64,000 bases of DNA from Rozella allomycis CSF55 (lineage: Eukaryota), in contig KE560926.1 of NCBI GenBank assembly GCA_000442015.1, positions 1 to 64,000 on the forward strand. The letters are read 5' to 3'. The position numbers were made by a program, and so were the translations under genes. The notes under the pieces were generated by a model that was given only the letters and a program-made list of their open reading frames with translations, did no database searches and had not been told where the DNA came from. Positions 12,824 through 25,533 of this stretch are shown piece by piece; position 1 is the first letter of the stretch, and the number at the start of each line of letters is the position of its first letter.

Positions 12824-14137
12824 TTATATTTCAAACATTGTATACGCAAATATTAAATATTTATTAATCCACGATTTTATACTTTCCAACTCGCATTTAT
12901 CTTGTTCTTGAGGCCAAAGAAATATTTCGGTATTTTTGTCAATTCTTTCATGTTTTACATTGTTTTCCGCGAAATTATTAGTGAACCAGTCCTTAACGAA
13001 TCTTTTTATTCTTGAATTTCTTGCTTACAATCGAGTAGTCGGCTCATCCAACTCCTTATTCAAATAAACTCGCCACTTCAATTTACAAAGAAAAGGAAGA
13101 TTGATAGGACACATTAAATACTCCATTTGATTAGCATTATGATGATTTTATGATACATTACTAATAGCGTCTTTTCTAGACTTTAAAGAAGAGCTAATTG
13201 TATGAAATGAAGCACTATCTTTCGTTATTGCTACCAGGAATGCATTTTCCTTTAATCCTAGTATGTACCCATGAAAACATCCTTCGTTAGCGTGTGATTT
13301 CGAAAGCCAAATCGGAACCCATGATTCTGAGTTTTGGAAGGAACTGGATGACCAAATCATATTGATTATGATGTGAATTTATATATTATATAAAAATATA
13401 CTTTCCTACCAACGGAATGAATCTTGAAGTCAGACTTTCTCGATAAAGTCATTAGCCTTGTCCCGTCCAGCACAAATAAGATACCTATGGGCTAGTTAAT
13501 GTCACCATAAAAAACTACTGTAGAAGACAATATATTTTCTAGCAATTTCACTTGTGAATGAGCCTGTATTGGATTTAATGGATAGACCCTGATTGTGGAT
13601 AACAAAACATCGAAATGGACGCAACAGTACTTAAGCCAGTTACCAACAATTTTCTCCGACCCTAAATATTTTTAAAACTACGACATATATACCTGATATA
13701 AGCCGGGAAAGATTGTAAGTCGGATTCCGATCAATTACGTACTCAATTGTTTTTTGTGAAACTATTGAAAAAATTTGTAAAGACAACAAATAAACTCTCT
13801 GAAGTAACAAATTAAATGAGTTATATTATATTTACCAAGGTGTAAGGCAATCTAAAGTCTTTTGAAACCACAATGAAAAGAAGTCCGTTAATCTTTGAAC
13901 AAACGAGTATTACGGTCGAGCTTCTTATAACTCTTTTCCATTAATAATTTTGCTCTTGCCTTAAACTAGAAAATGGATCACTGAAATGTGCCATTGTCGC
14001 AACTATAGCCCCAATTAGTTCAAAGACATTGTCGTGTGTAGTCCTTTTTTCCATGAAATTTTAGAATACTTATAATACAAAGGTTTTCCAGATTCGCCAA
14101 AGACGTACCATTCTTCGTCTTCAAGATTGATGAACAT
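12824..14137 (-). CDS. MON1: Vacuolar fusion protein Mon1 (Rab7/Ypt7 GEF subunit), divergent
   Basis: WYVFGESGKPLYYKY (Mon1 FILSxAGKPIY) and HIIINMIWSSSSFQNSESWVPIWL..EGCFHGYI (Mon1 LFNLISSSSSFxxxExWxPxCL..GFFHAHI); several short introns; boundaries approximate. Confidence 0.75.
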
Positions 14138-14162
14138 TTTGTAAAATTCAAGTTTGCAAGAT

Positions 14163-14450
14163 ATGATTGGGAAATTAGTCGGAAATCCAAACAACCCTGT
14201 TATCAATCCAGCTTATCTGTAACTGATCATTGAATTTCCTTATAGGAACATAAAGTTTACACCCAAAAGACCAAAACCAACGAGCAGTCAAGGCATGTAT
14301 CAAAGAAATTTGTTCACGCACTTTGCGATTGCCCATGCAATAGGTTTCGTGTTTGCTGAAGCTTGGTGGCACATATTCATTGTACCGCGTAGTGAAAAGC
14401 GTAATGCTTTCTTCAGAAAGCGCGGGTTCATTTACGAGCGCCCATTTTAA
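14163..14450 (+). CDS. COX9: Cytochrome c oxidase subunit Cox9/COX6C-like (one 27-nt intron); not in ORF track
   Basis: Spliced translation MIGKLVGNPNNPVINPAYLNIKFTPKRPKPTSSQGMYQRNLFTHFAIAHAIGFVFAEAWWHIFIVPRSEKRNAFFRKRGFIYERPF: GM..R motif, single TM, W...VP...R.AF pattern. Confidence 0.7.
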
Positions 14451-14568
14451 TAAATGGCTCTATCTCTGCCTTTACAAAAGTATATTTATTTAAAGTTGTA
14501 TTTTGACTCAAGCTGGCTCAATATCGAGGCTTAGTTCGTCACGGAAAAATAGCAGAAGTTTAAACGTT

Positions 14569-15165
14569 ATGTCTGAGAATAATTCTATTTCCATGCTTCG
14601 TTTAACTGAAGAAAGAAAAAAGTGGAGAAAAGATCATCCTATTGTACTTTAAAAACTATTTTTCAAATAGGGATTCGTAGCAAAGCCTAGGAGAAAACCG
14701 GATGGATCTATGGACATGTTCACATGGGATTGTTTCATTCCCGGTGTTTCAGGAGTATTATAGTTTTTTTTTCAGAAACTAGACTGCGTGGGAGAATGGC
14801 TTGTATCCCTTATCAATGGTTTTTCCTCCTTCTTATCCATCTCAGGCTCCAAAATGTAATTTATTTAACGAAGCCTAATCAGGTAAATTTCCTGCTGGTT
14901 TTTATCACCCCAACGTTTATCCCTCTGGGAATGTCTGCTTAGATATTATAGGAGACCACTGGAAACCTTCCATAACAATTAAACAAGTACTATCGATTCA
15001 TGTATCTACAGCTAGGTTTTGCTAGGCATTCAGGAATTACTGAATGATCCAAACGATTTAAGTCCAGCGCAACATGAAGCCTATAAAGATCATCAAAACA
15101 AAAAACAGGTCTATGAACAAAATGTTAAGAAGCAAGCTTTAAAATATAAACCCAAAGACGAATAA
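14569..15165 (+). CDS. UBC9: SUMO-conjugating enzyme Ubc9 (4 micro-introns)
   Basis: [20 protein letters not shown]...WDCFIPG...WENGLYPL...[16 protein letters not shown]...[26 protein letters not shown]. Confidence 0.93.
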
Positions 15166-15438
15166 ATTGATTTCTTGTTATTTTTTCAATACTCTAAAAC
15201 TGCAACGAAAAGTCCTTTTTACACCCAAGATAATTTTTCATTGAATCAATCCATTCCTCAAAAATATGAAAACTATATTTTGGAGATCATTTTGGCGCCA
15301 AAGAGTTTTCTCACCGTTTTTTGTAATAAATCTACAAATGAAGAAAGAGAAGCAATGTTAAATTATTTATTAGATTCTGAAGGAAAGAAAATAACTTTCG
15401 ATATTTAATTTATACTCAAATTTTTCAGGTTATTTACG

Positions 15439-16260
15439 TCAATTTCTATCGATTAAATGATCCGCCGACGTAACCAGAGCAGCACCAAAGACAGCACCTC
15501 CTCCAGCATAGATCAATGGTTTCATTAAGTTATTTGCTGATTTCGTTATAAGAACATCATTATTGTTTAAATCATGACTGTATCTTTTTTCGTACGTTTC
15601 TAGCCACTTTATCGCTGATAGCCCATCAAGATTTGCCTTTACTAGATGTCTGATGATTGGATTCAATTCTTCTTGAGAGTATTTGCTTAATTTATATGAA
15701 ATAATGAAATCATCTGCATTTTTCAAGGCTGCTTCTACGATATCCTGATTAACCCTAAACGGCTTTTTGGTAACTTCGACAGACTGCCTGATCCATTTCA
15801 TCGCTAGACGAAGATTACGGCTGATATCTGGTGGAAATTCTTTGATCTCCAAAAGGATCTTGATTCTTGGTGACAATTGGTCTTTCACTACACCTGGCAA
15901 TTTGGAATTGTACAACAATGATTTTGTCAGAATGTAATCGTAAGTAAGTCGATCTGTTTCTTTAAGTAAGGATAATTCCTTGCGAACCTGAATCTGATCC
16001 TCAGTGCCACGCAAATATACGGCAGTGGTTTTACCAGTTTTTTGGAGCTTTGTATGAACGAATATTAATCTGTCTTTAGTTGGATGGGCTTTTGTGTATC
16101 CGCTTTCTTCTATAATTGGTTTATGCAAAGTATGGGTTTGTTGTGTTTCGTGTGTTTGTTGCATGTGGATCGGAATTGTACCTAATGTGTTTGATACTTT
16201 CCCAGCGTAAATTAATCGTCCAAATGTCATTATAGTCATTAAAAAAGCTTTCATTTTCAA
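15439..16260 (-). CDS. Hypothetical intronless protein with N-terminal signal-like peptide and C-terminal hydrophobic segment
   Basis: 273-aa uninterrupted ORF; MKAFLMTIMTFGRLIYA at the N-terminus; LIYAGGGAVFGAALVTSA near the C-terminus; no family recognised. Confidence 0.6.
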   Translation of the reverse strand: MKMKAFLMTIMTFGRLIYAGKVSNTLGTIPIHMQQTHETQQTHTLHKPIIEESGYTKAHPTKDRLIFVHTKLQKTGKTTAVYLRGTEDQIQVRKELSLLKETDRLTYDYILTKSLLYNSKLPGVVKDQLSPRIKILLEIKEFPPDISRNLRLAMKWIRQSVEVTKKPFRVNQDIVEAALKNADDFIISYKLSKYSQEELNPIIRHLVKANLDGLSAIKWLETYEKRYSHDLNNNDVLITKSANNLMKPLIYAGGGAVFGAALVTSADHLIDRN

Positions 16261-16356
16261 AATGTGAACTTAAATCACTGCATGGTTTATATAATGTGTG
16301 AACGTGAACAAGTCTATATTTAGCCGCCAACGAATTTATTGTTTTTAAAAATATAT

Positions 16357-18305
16357 CTACCATTTCCCCCATTTTTCAAGATCTAAATCTAGATTTTCCC
16401 AGCCATTTTTTGAATCATCTTTCAAATTCGATTTTACAGTTTTGGGAGAACTTATTGGAACTAACATTGGTTCATTATAAGCTAACTTTTGAGATTGTGC
16501 TTTTGGCTCCGTAAAATGACCCTGTTGACGCTTGATTATTTCAATGGAATCCGACATAACCTTTAAAGAATGTTCACAAAAAGTATTTCTATGTCATTCT
16601 AAATCATCATTTACGATTCAGGGCGATTTACCATCAAAGGGCAAACCAGAGGTAAAATTTTCGATGCCAAGTCAGTAACGTCAATGTGATCAAGGGAGTC
16701 AATAATTGATATTCAAAAATATCGATTACTTGAAATAACTTTTAGTGTAGATTCTCTAGCAGCTTTGAATGTATCTTGAAGGCCCAAAATGAGCGCATCT
16801 ACAAAATACTTTTTTCTGGAAGTTTGAGACAATATTGGACACAACTTTCCTATCGCTATGATTGCATTGGTTCTTATCCCAGGTTGCTCATCAGACAATA
16901 ATTTAAATACATTGGAAATTAAATCATCGTTTAATGTTTTTTCACTGAGCTTTCTAAAGTATAATAATATTTCTTACTTTTGAGGTAAGCAAAAGTGACG
17001 CGATCATTGTATTTTCGCGGACAGATGGCACACAATCTGAGAACCCGCTTGCCATCATCTTATAAATTTTATTGTTTATTATTTTAGGGTCTAATTTCTC
17101 TGCGAAAACTTCTATATTTTTTAAAAGGTCTATCCTGACGGAACGATCGTTAGAATTAAAAAGTAATGACAGAATATCCATAACAGGGCCATCAGTATTT
17201 CCAAACTTTAGAACGTGCAATATAATGGGAATGACTGTCTTCAAAACTATCTCACACGAAAATTAGTCTTACAAGGCAACAAAGTATCAAAGTACTGAAG
17301 AAAACACGGTAGTACTTTGAAAGACAAATAATTAATGGGAATTTGTTCAATTTTTTCACTTAACGATCTATTTTGTATTTTACAGTCATTTACCTTAAGA
17401 ACACTTCTCTATCAGATACTACTATGAACGACTCCATTTGTTTCGATGTAGAAATAAAGAAATCGTCAAAATATCCTCCGGGAAGACATTCCTTTCTTAT
17501 AAATTCTGAAATTGATATCCGAGATTCTGGCGAATCTTTCAAAAGTAAATTGATAGATCCATGCAGTTCCTATACTCAATATCGTCAACCCTTACATAAG
17601 GCACCTTCCCAGGTGAACATCCATAATAATAATCCGTTTCGTTAAACAATTCAAAAATAAATACACCTAGTGTGTAAGAATCAATTTTCTTCAAATCATT
17701 CCTACTCCGTCAAACTTTTTGTTCTTACATTCTTTTGAACGAGGAACATTCTGGCGGTTTAGCTATCTTGGCTGAATTAAACAGAGATGAACAATCCTAT
17801 GAAAGAAAAATTGTGCCTATACATTAAAAAGGTATTCATTGCTCCCAGAAAATTCGAATCCTCCTAGCCGACATTCATTGCTTTGTGTCATGTATGCAGA
17901 GTATTTCATTAAATGGTTCATATGATATAAGTTACATTCCTCGTTCAAGAATGATATAGCCTCCGCAATTTGAAAAATAGCCAACTTTTTCTCTGCTGCC
18001 TTTAGACTCGATGCCACAGAAAATGTTAAAGGAACTACAAGTTCTGTTGAAATATATATTTGTCTATCGATATTGAGACCCTGTTTGAAATCTAGAATAA
18101 ATGGATGTTTTAATGTCTTCCATATCTTGAAGGCATTTTCAGTTGCTTCGTTACAAGTTGAAATGAAGATTCCAACTTTAGCGTCATCAGATCTTCTTTT
18201 TCCTTCATAAAATTTCCATAAATCATTTTCCATTAGTTGCTTTTCTTTGGTATAAGGAAAGTTTGCATGCAAACTGGAAGAGAACAGTTTAGTAAAAACT
18301 TGCAT
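16357..18305 (-). CDS. SCY1-like pseudokinase with HEAT repeats (SCYL1/Cex1)
   Basis: KTLKHPFIL, EAISFLNEEC, CRLGGFE, LFNSNDRSVRIDLL, GFSDCVPSVRENT, SDEQPGIRTNAIIAIGKL; multiple introns. Confidence 0.85.
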
Positions 18306-18848
18306 TTTTGATTAAAATTTGGAAAATTACAAAAATCTCTACCTACAGCCTGTGTTCAGAGACAGTGGTAATATTTCTTCTTAGTTCTTATAATAGCTTC
18401 AATGAAATAATTTTATCATTGAAAGTGGTAATGAATAAGAATATATTTAATAACCATTTGTGGCAAAGTGTTCTACGTATTAAAATAACAGAATGGGTGC
18501 ATGACAATAATACAAATTATTCATTAATTTTTTTAAAATATGAAAGGGAATTTGAAATAACTCTCAACTGTTAAGCGTTAGAAAACAATTTAATTAGCTT
18601 TTGCTATGTTTCTACTCCAGGCTATCAAAGTTGAGGGTCGAGGGAAATCGCGGGCTCGATTTATGCCAACCATGACACTTTTAATAAGAAAATAAATTAT
18701 GACACCTTATCTTTTCACGGTTAAATTTATGAAATAGTAGGTTTTAGTGAATTGAAAGAATTATGTTTTATATCACTTTTAACATGCCTATTTATTAATG
18801 ATACTTTATCACGATTCACAAATAGGATAGCCTTATTTATTCTATAGT

Positions 18849-19612
18849 CTATACTATGTATCTATATTTATATGTTAAAAGCAAAATAGTCCCCAAAAAT
18901 GCTACGACTTGACTGGAAGTCATTGTTATGTAAAAAAATGCATTCATAATAAAGAATGAATACGCCAAATTTATATCTAGAAGCAATCGACAGAAGGATG
19001 CGTATTGAAAATAACAATTAAACAGAACATCCAAAATAAGCACGTAAAGATGAACTGAATCATATAGCTTCTTATGTTTAAATAAATTCCAAAATATATA
19101 AACTTTCACAAATGAAAAGGCAACACATATTCCACATGAAATCAGGAGGTGCAAAGATTCAAGGAACAAAAATTTATAGGTCGTGGGTGTTAAAGACGTC
19201 ATGGATATGCTATAGATTAAAATTCCAAACGATATGACAGATAATAATAAATGCGCCTTTAAAAAGAACTCTTTCTCGTCAAACTTTTGCATACCCGGTT
19301 GAGGCTTGGCAGTTGGTATAGACGAAATCTTTCATCTTGTGTATTGGCACAAGTGAAGTTTTACTAACACAAATATTAGCGGTTAGCCCACAATGAGATT
19401 TTTCATCCGATATTGATATTGACACATTGACCAGATGAAAAAGGAAAGAAGATACGAAAAGCCACTCATCGTCAAATGCAATTCGGATCACAACCAGCAC
19501 CCACCAAAGAGCAACAAATTTTTATGAGACAAATAGTTATGACTTCTTTTACCATTGCCGCTACTTCGTCTGCTATTTTAGCACTCCGTAATGTATTTCG
19601 TTTTTGAAACAT
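18849..19612 (-). CDS. Hypothetical multi-pass membrane protein; 5' structure unresolved
   Basis: ORF 18849-19292 has about 4 hydrophobic segments; upstream ORF 19279-19500 is in another frame and I could not find a clean frame-restoring intron. Confidence 0.4.
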
Positions 19613-19819
19613 AGTTCCCAACATTGTCAATGCATTTATTAGTCAGTAGACAGTAGGATGATTTATAATCAGAATTATGGAGAAATAAATTACTATTTTG
19701 TATTTAAAGACTAAAGTAACCATCTTTTTTACTCATCTTTTTGCTTGATCCATGTTTTGTTAAGGTCGCTATTTTAAAAGCAAATAACTATTATAACTTT
19801 GAACTTTCTGTAGAAATAC

Positions 19820-21332
19820 ATGAATCTGATTGCATTTTATCATGCAAACAAACCCCGGCAAAGTGAGATGACGAAGCAAAATACTGTTGATTTGATAGTA
19901 CAAGGTAGTAAAGATATTCTGTACGTATATAGGCATACATGATAGTCTAACAAATGCTATGCAACGTGTTCACAATGAATTTGAAAATTTTTCCTTGTCT
20001 AAGAGACTCAACGTGGACGGAAACACTGAACCGATCCTAAAATATCTTAGAAATCAAGAGATGACTATGACTGAGTTTATTAGTCACTATGAACCCACTA
20101 TAGTTATTGAAAATGAAAGTAAAGTGAAGGCAAATTTCAAATCATCGTTTGAACTATTGAATCTGTGTTGGCGGCGACAATTTTACAGGTAAATAGTGAA
20201 GTCAAATTTAAAAGATACAAGGAGACAGCTTTAGTCGCCCTTCTGATAACGAATATTAAGAAGAGCATGGAAAGACTCTTTGCAAAGCTTGTCACACTTA
20301 AGCTATCTAAGGATCAAGCGTCGACTGTTTTACAAATTGTTGCATCTAGAATTTTTAATTCTCTTAGATTTGATGACAAGAAGGGGTTTACAGCTGACTG
20401 GCTAACGAAATCAGCAACGTATACAAGTGTAGGTTCGTTTGTGGATATGAATAATCTTATTAAAAAGACGCAAGTTGTTTTGTCTGAATGCCTTAATCAA
20501 ATTGATGAAGATATTCAAGTGCCTCAACTTTTCTATCGGGAAGTAAAGCAATTTTTCGCTCCAAACACGGACAACATGGAGAATGGTAAGAGTATAGATG
20601 AGTGTAAATTTAGCATTTCGCGAGCTTCAAAGCAGATGTTTGGGCTGTATTGATATTTACTTGACTGCAATTGGCAATCTAGCCTGCTCGCATAAGAATA
20701 GTTTAAATTTATCATTTTCGAGAAATTCGTCTATCTTGATGCAAATATATAAAGATGTTATTTCATCTTCACATAAAATAATTAAAGAGTTTATTCGCGA
20801 TATCAACAATAAAGTAGCGAAACAGGAGAATGTCTTTGGAATAGTTAGGGAATCTATAGCTCTATTCGAAGGAGACTTTTTCGCTGTTTTGAATAAAAAT
20901 TATGCGATATACAAAGCAAATGTGCACGATGATACATTGAATGTTTTCGATGCGATTTGTACTGAAGTTATAGCTGAGAAAATCGAGGAATTTAGAAAAG
21001 AGTTGATGGATCATTTTCATTTTAATGGGCGTGAATTTCCAATAATGAAAAGCTCTACTGAAGATGCCAGCACGAGTGTGACGGGTTTGGAAGGGAAACA
21101 CCAATCTAGTAGATCAACTACAAAAAAGAAGAAGAAGTCTAGAAAAAATAAACCTTTAAATGAATTAAATCAAAGACAGAATCGAATGAAACCTTATAGG
21201 AACCCCACATTGGATGATATTATTCTGGGTCTGAGCCACATGTGTTTGAAATGTTGGGCTAAAACGTTCTTTCCAGAAGAAATTGAAATATTACGTGAAA
21301 TTTCATCACAAAAACTTAATAAAAATAAATAA
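19820..21332 (+). CDS. Hypothetical protein (lineage-specific), multi-exon
   Basis: ORFs 19959-20192, 20165-20653 and 20598-21332 join in frame via a 26-nt intron (20190-20215) and a 28-nt intron (about 20586-20613); basic KKKKKSRKNK stretch; start approximate. Confidence 0.55.
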
Positions 21333-21366
21333 TTAATGTTAATAATATTGAATAGTTTAGTCTTTA

Positions 21367-24023
21367 TTAAAGTGATATTTCTTCGAATAGAGTTCGCAAT
21401 CTGATTTCCTTTTCTTCTAGGAAATTAATAATTTCATCTGCTGAAATGTTGAAATTCAAACGAACAGGTAATAAATACAAATCTGTTATGATAAACGAGA
21501 ATAGAAGTTACATTTTGAGAATGGAATGGAGCGTATAGCTTGAATGTAAATGCCTGAAACTTTTTCAGGACAAAAGAAGCTGGAGAAATGAATAAAACAA
21601 ATCCATAATTCCAATGAATGTGGAAATCTTAAAAAAGGAATGAATAAATGATTACTGGGTTGATGCTTTAAGAAATAGAGAGTAAATTTTATTCTTATTG
21701 TTTGATTTGAGACATTCAAATAGAATTAAGTTGAACCAATCGAGTGGAGATTGAGGAGTGGGAAGCATTGATTCATTTATTGTATTTTTTAGTTTGAATC
21801 TAATGATCCAAGATTTTAATGATGAATGGCCTTTTAATGCATCTATCAAGGGTTTAATGAAGAATTTGTCATTTTCAATGTAATCTTCTAAAAGATCCCA
21901 AGATACAAAAGAAGAATTTTGAAGATAAATTTCTGGATTGTTGGAATTTAAATAATTGAAATAATCTGAGATTAAAGGATATTTTTGTAATTCTTTTTTA
22001 AAAATGAGAAATTTTGTATTTGATGAATCAAAATTGTTAATTAATTTAAATAGAATCTTCTTTTTGGTGTCTAAATTTGATTCTAATTTTGACCAATGAA
22101 AAAGAATCCAGGGGTAATGGGAATGATCTTTAACGAAATCAATTATATTTTTATAAACTTCAACGCTCTAAAATTTATGGTGAAATTGAAAATTACGTTT
22201 TCTGAAATCAAAGCAAAAATATCCCACAAGAGGGCATTTGATTGATCTTTCTTTAATTTTTCTTTAAGAATTTTTTCTGCTCTGAAAATTCAAAGTTAAA
22301 TCTTTTACCTCTTTTTTGATAATTGAAATTCAAGTGAAATAAACAAAGTTAAAAATAGATTATCAAATTCAGAAATAGATTGAAGAATTCTTCTTACAAA
22401 TTCTAATGATTTCTGATTAAACATTCCAGGAATCCAATTATTTAAACCCCAAAATGAATTTTTATTTAAAAAGATAGATCCAACTAAATCTTCATTAATT
22501 TCATGATAAAAATGATCAAAATTTAGTGGATCTATCCATGGGAAAATAAATGGCTTTGCAGTTTCAAAACTATTCAAAAGATTAAAAGCTAAAAAATTAT
22601 TAATTGGAATCCCCAAATGGACTAAAAATGATTTCAAAAAAGTTGTTTTTAGTTTGTCTGGTATAATAAAGAGAAATGGTTCAACATCATCAAAGAAAAT
22701 TGTTCTATCTGGATCTTCATTAACATCATTATCATCAGATGCTTTTTTTGGTAGAAAATAGTTTTCGCTTCTCTTATCTTCTTCAGCAAGCCACAAAGTT
22801 AAATCATGCTCAGAAAAGAATTGAGTCTTTTTCCATGGAACATCAAATATTTTTATTTCTTCATATTTTAATTTCCCATTCCATCCACGCGCATTCTCTT
22901 CTCCAACCCTGGCTTCATCACTCTCCCAAAACATTTCAAACTCTTCTATTCTCTCCTTGAACTTCATCTCAGGAAATGGACAAAAGAAATTAAACTCTAT
23001 CAACGCTTGATTCAAACAAATAAATCTCTCAAAATACCCAGATTCTTTAACAAATTCACATAGTTTATTAAAGAAATCTACAAGATGAATTGTTAATTCT
23101 CTCTTTTTAAAATGATAAAAGATCCTTTTAAATACGTCAACACAAGATGAAAAATTAAAAATAGAAAAATTGTACAAATGATAATCTAAATAGAATCCCC
23201 AAACTAGCTTGGATTCTGGAAACATTTCCAACGCCCTCTCAAATTTACTCAACACTATTGATGTTCTATTCTCATCTTATTTAAAAAAAATTACTCCATA
23301 AATGAACTTGTCAATTTTAAATACAAAACTTCCAACTCTTCATTTCCTGGAATTTCTTTTCTAGCTCTTTCACAAATCGCCAACTGTTTCTCGTATCTAC
23401 CAAGATTGGTTATATTAGTCAACTCTTTCTGATGATCAATCAATGCTATCCAATTATCAATGTTTTGCGGATCTTCGCTCAATTTCTCATTTAGCCGCAT
23501 TTGTTTTTCAGTAAAACTTTTCTCTTGCATTGACACATCTTGAGCAGTATACGCTAATATTTCATCCCACTCAATGCCAAAATCAATAAAATTATTTGAA
23601 TCATTAGTCTTAAACGATTCAATCTTACGTATTCTATTTCATTCCTGAAATCATTCATTACTTTTCCACAGGTATGGGATTATCACTCCAGTCTCTAAAC
23701 AAGTCATATTTCTGTGACTTGAATGAATATCTATCAATCAACGTTAGTCCAGTGCTTTTATTAAACAACAATCGCCATTTATTCGGTAGACCCAAAACAT
23801 ATCCACCCTCAAATCTTTTAAAGCTAGGAACCTCATTCCTATACGTGCCTTGAAGCATCAACAATGTCTTGTCTGGTTTGCCATCCAAACAAAAACCGTC
23901 TTCAGTCAATTTCGGCTCAGTTCTCGCCTTGTCCAATTTTCTCTTTCTCTTTTCCTTCTTCTCCTTTTTCTTCACCTCAACTGTCTCTTCCTTTTTTACC
24001 TTAAATGATGAAAATGACTGCAT
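21367..24023 (-). CDS. NRDE2: NRDE2 (DUF1740) nuclear RNA surveillance/splicing-associated protein
   Basis: MQSFSSF start, EDPQNIDNWIALIDHQ, ESGYFERFICLNQALIEFNFF, FEMFWESDEARVGEENARGW, EDPDRTIFFDDV, C-terminal LEEKEIRLRT. Confidence 0.88.
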
Positions 24024-24059
24024 AAATTCGGTTGGGAAATATCCAAGTGGCAGAGCCAA

Positions 24060-24362
24060 ATGGCAAAAAGTATTCGTTCAAAAAGACAAAAGTCTTTTCG
24101 CACTACAAAAAGAAATGGCTTTTTCAAACAAGTCGAAGAAGAAAGATTAAAAAAATGTATAGAAGCCGGTACAGATTTTTTAACGTCTCAAATAGATTCT
24201 GTAGCCTTGCCGGTACCAACGGAAGACACTGAAATGTCTGTACAACCTGAAATAAAAGACCAAGAAATGAAAGATAAAACAACAAATGACACAAAAAAAT
24301 CCAGCTTGAAGAACAAGAAAAAATCAAAAAAGTCAAAGAAAAAACCTCAACTTTTGTTTTGA
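24060..24362 (+). CDS. LLPH/DUF2423-like small basic nucleolar protein
   Basis: MAKSIRSKRQKSFRTTKR N-terminus (MAKSxRSK motif) and Lys-rich C-terminus. Confidence 0.75.
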   Translation: MAKSIRSKRQKSFRTTKRNGFFKQVEEERLKKCIEAGTDFLTSQIDSVALPVPTEDTEMSVQPEIKDQEMKDKTTNDTKKSSLKNKKKSKKSKKKPQLLF

Positions 24363-24438
24363 TAATAAATGCATTTAAAATTTACATTTTTATACTTAAT
24401 TTATAATTGTTTGGTTCTCGATTTATGAATTTTACAGA

Positions 24439-25062
24439 ATGGAGGAATTTCAAAACCACATCACAGCAGAGCGAGAAATCGAATTCTATGGCTTTTCTCC
24501 AATCTCTCTAATAGACGATATAATAAACAGTGTTAATGAACGCATGTATCAGGGAGTAGACAAGTTTCAATCAAATCTAGTGGAAAATTGCGCGGATGAA
24601 CTCTCAACAGAAAATATTGACCACGTAATGAGCTTTTAAAATTATAAAAGGGAATACAAAAAGTTCTAACGATGCTAGAGTCCTCTGCAGATCAGAATTT
24701 TATGGTTTATGAAGAATTCTCGATAAAACATATCTTAAAAATTCCCACAGAGATATCACTTCCACATCACAAAGTATATTTCTTTTACAATATTTTACAA
24801 GATAAATTCTGGAGCTCCAGTTGAAGAGGCAAATACATTTTTGAAAGAAGCCATTGAAATTCAAGAACATATCAAACAATTAATGGACTTGAAAACAAGG
24901 CTGACTTTTTGGCATGAACAAATCGCTAGTCTAAATTCATCTCTAGATCCCGTCGAAATTTCCCCAGATTTTATTCAAGAACTCTCATCCTTTTTTGAAG
25001 ATAAATTTCAACCATGCCTATCGCAGCTTGAAAAGGCGCTAAATAAATCTACAAGTTTATAA
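24439..25062 (+). CDS. MIS12: Kinetochore protein Mis12/Mtw1
   Basis: EFYGFSPISLIDDIINSVNE, GIQKVLTMLESSADQNFMVYEEF, ILKIP; two short introns. Confidence 0.85.
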
Positions 25063-25144
25063 TTCATTTATTGTCTTTCAAAAGCCTGTTCCATTTGGTT
25101 TTCCTAAAATTCCGAAAATACCCTGGTCTGGAAAAATATTTCAA

Positions 25145-25386
25145 ATGGTACAGAAATTTTGTACCCTTTATTATAGGAAACAGCTACCAAAGAAAAAGTT
25201 ACCATTGCCAAAGTTACTAAAGTTTTAGGAAGAACTGGTTCCCGTGGAGGAGTTACACAAGTCCGTGTCGAACTTACAAACGAAGAAAAGAACCGTTCAA
25301 TTGTTCGCAACGTTAAAGGACCAGTCAGAGAAGGAGATATGCTTGTTCTTTTGGAAGCTGAACGTGAAGCTAGACGTTTAAGATAA
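25145..25386 (+). CDS. RPS28: 40S ribosomal protein S28 (ATG then 29-nt intron 25148-25176); ORF track shows only the antisense frame
   Basis: [22 protein letters not shown]...[30 protein letters not shown]. Confidence 0.97.
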
Positions 25387-25533
25387 TAAACTATTGTGCA
25401 CATCAAAAGCGACAATTATATCAGATATGTTATTAGACATATATTTTTATTTTAAGATTGTTTTGATAATTTTTAAGTTGCTTTATTGATTCAATGAGCT
25501 TCCTCAAATATTTGTGTGGCTTACACAAGGACA

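Noticed and set aside
15175-15408. 77-aa plus-strand ORF after UBC9
   Set aside because: Non-ATG start, no motifs, and located between converging 3' ends.
25104-25415. Minus-strand 103-aa ORF
   Set aside because: Antisense to the clearly conserved RPS28.
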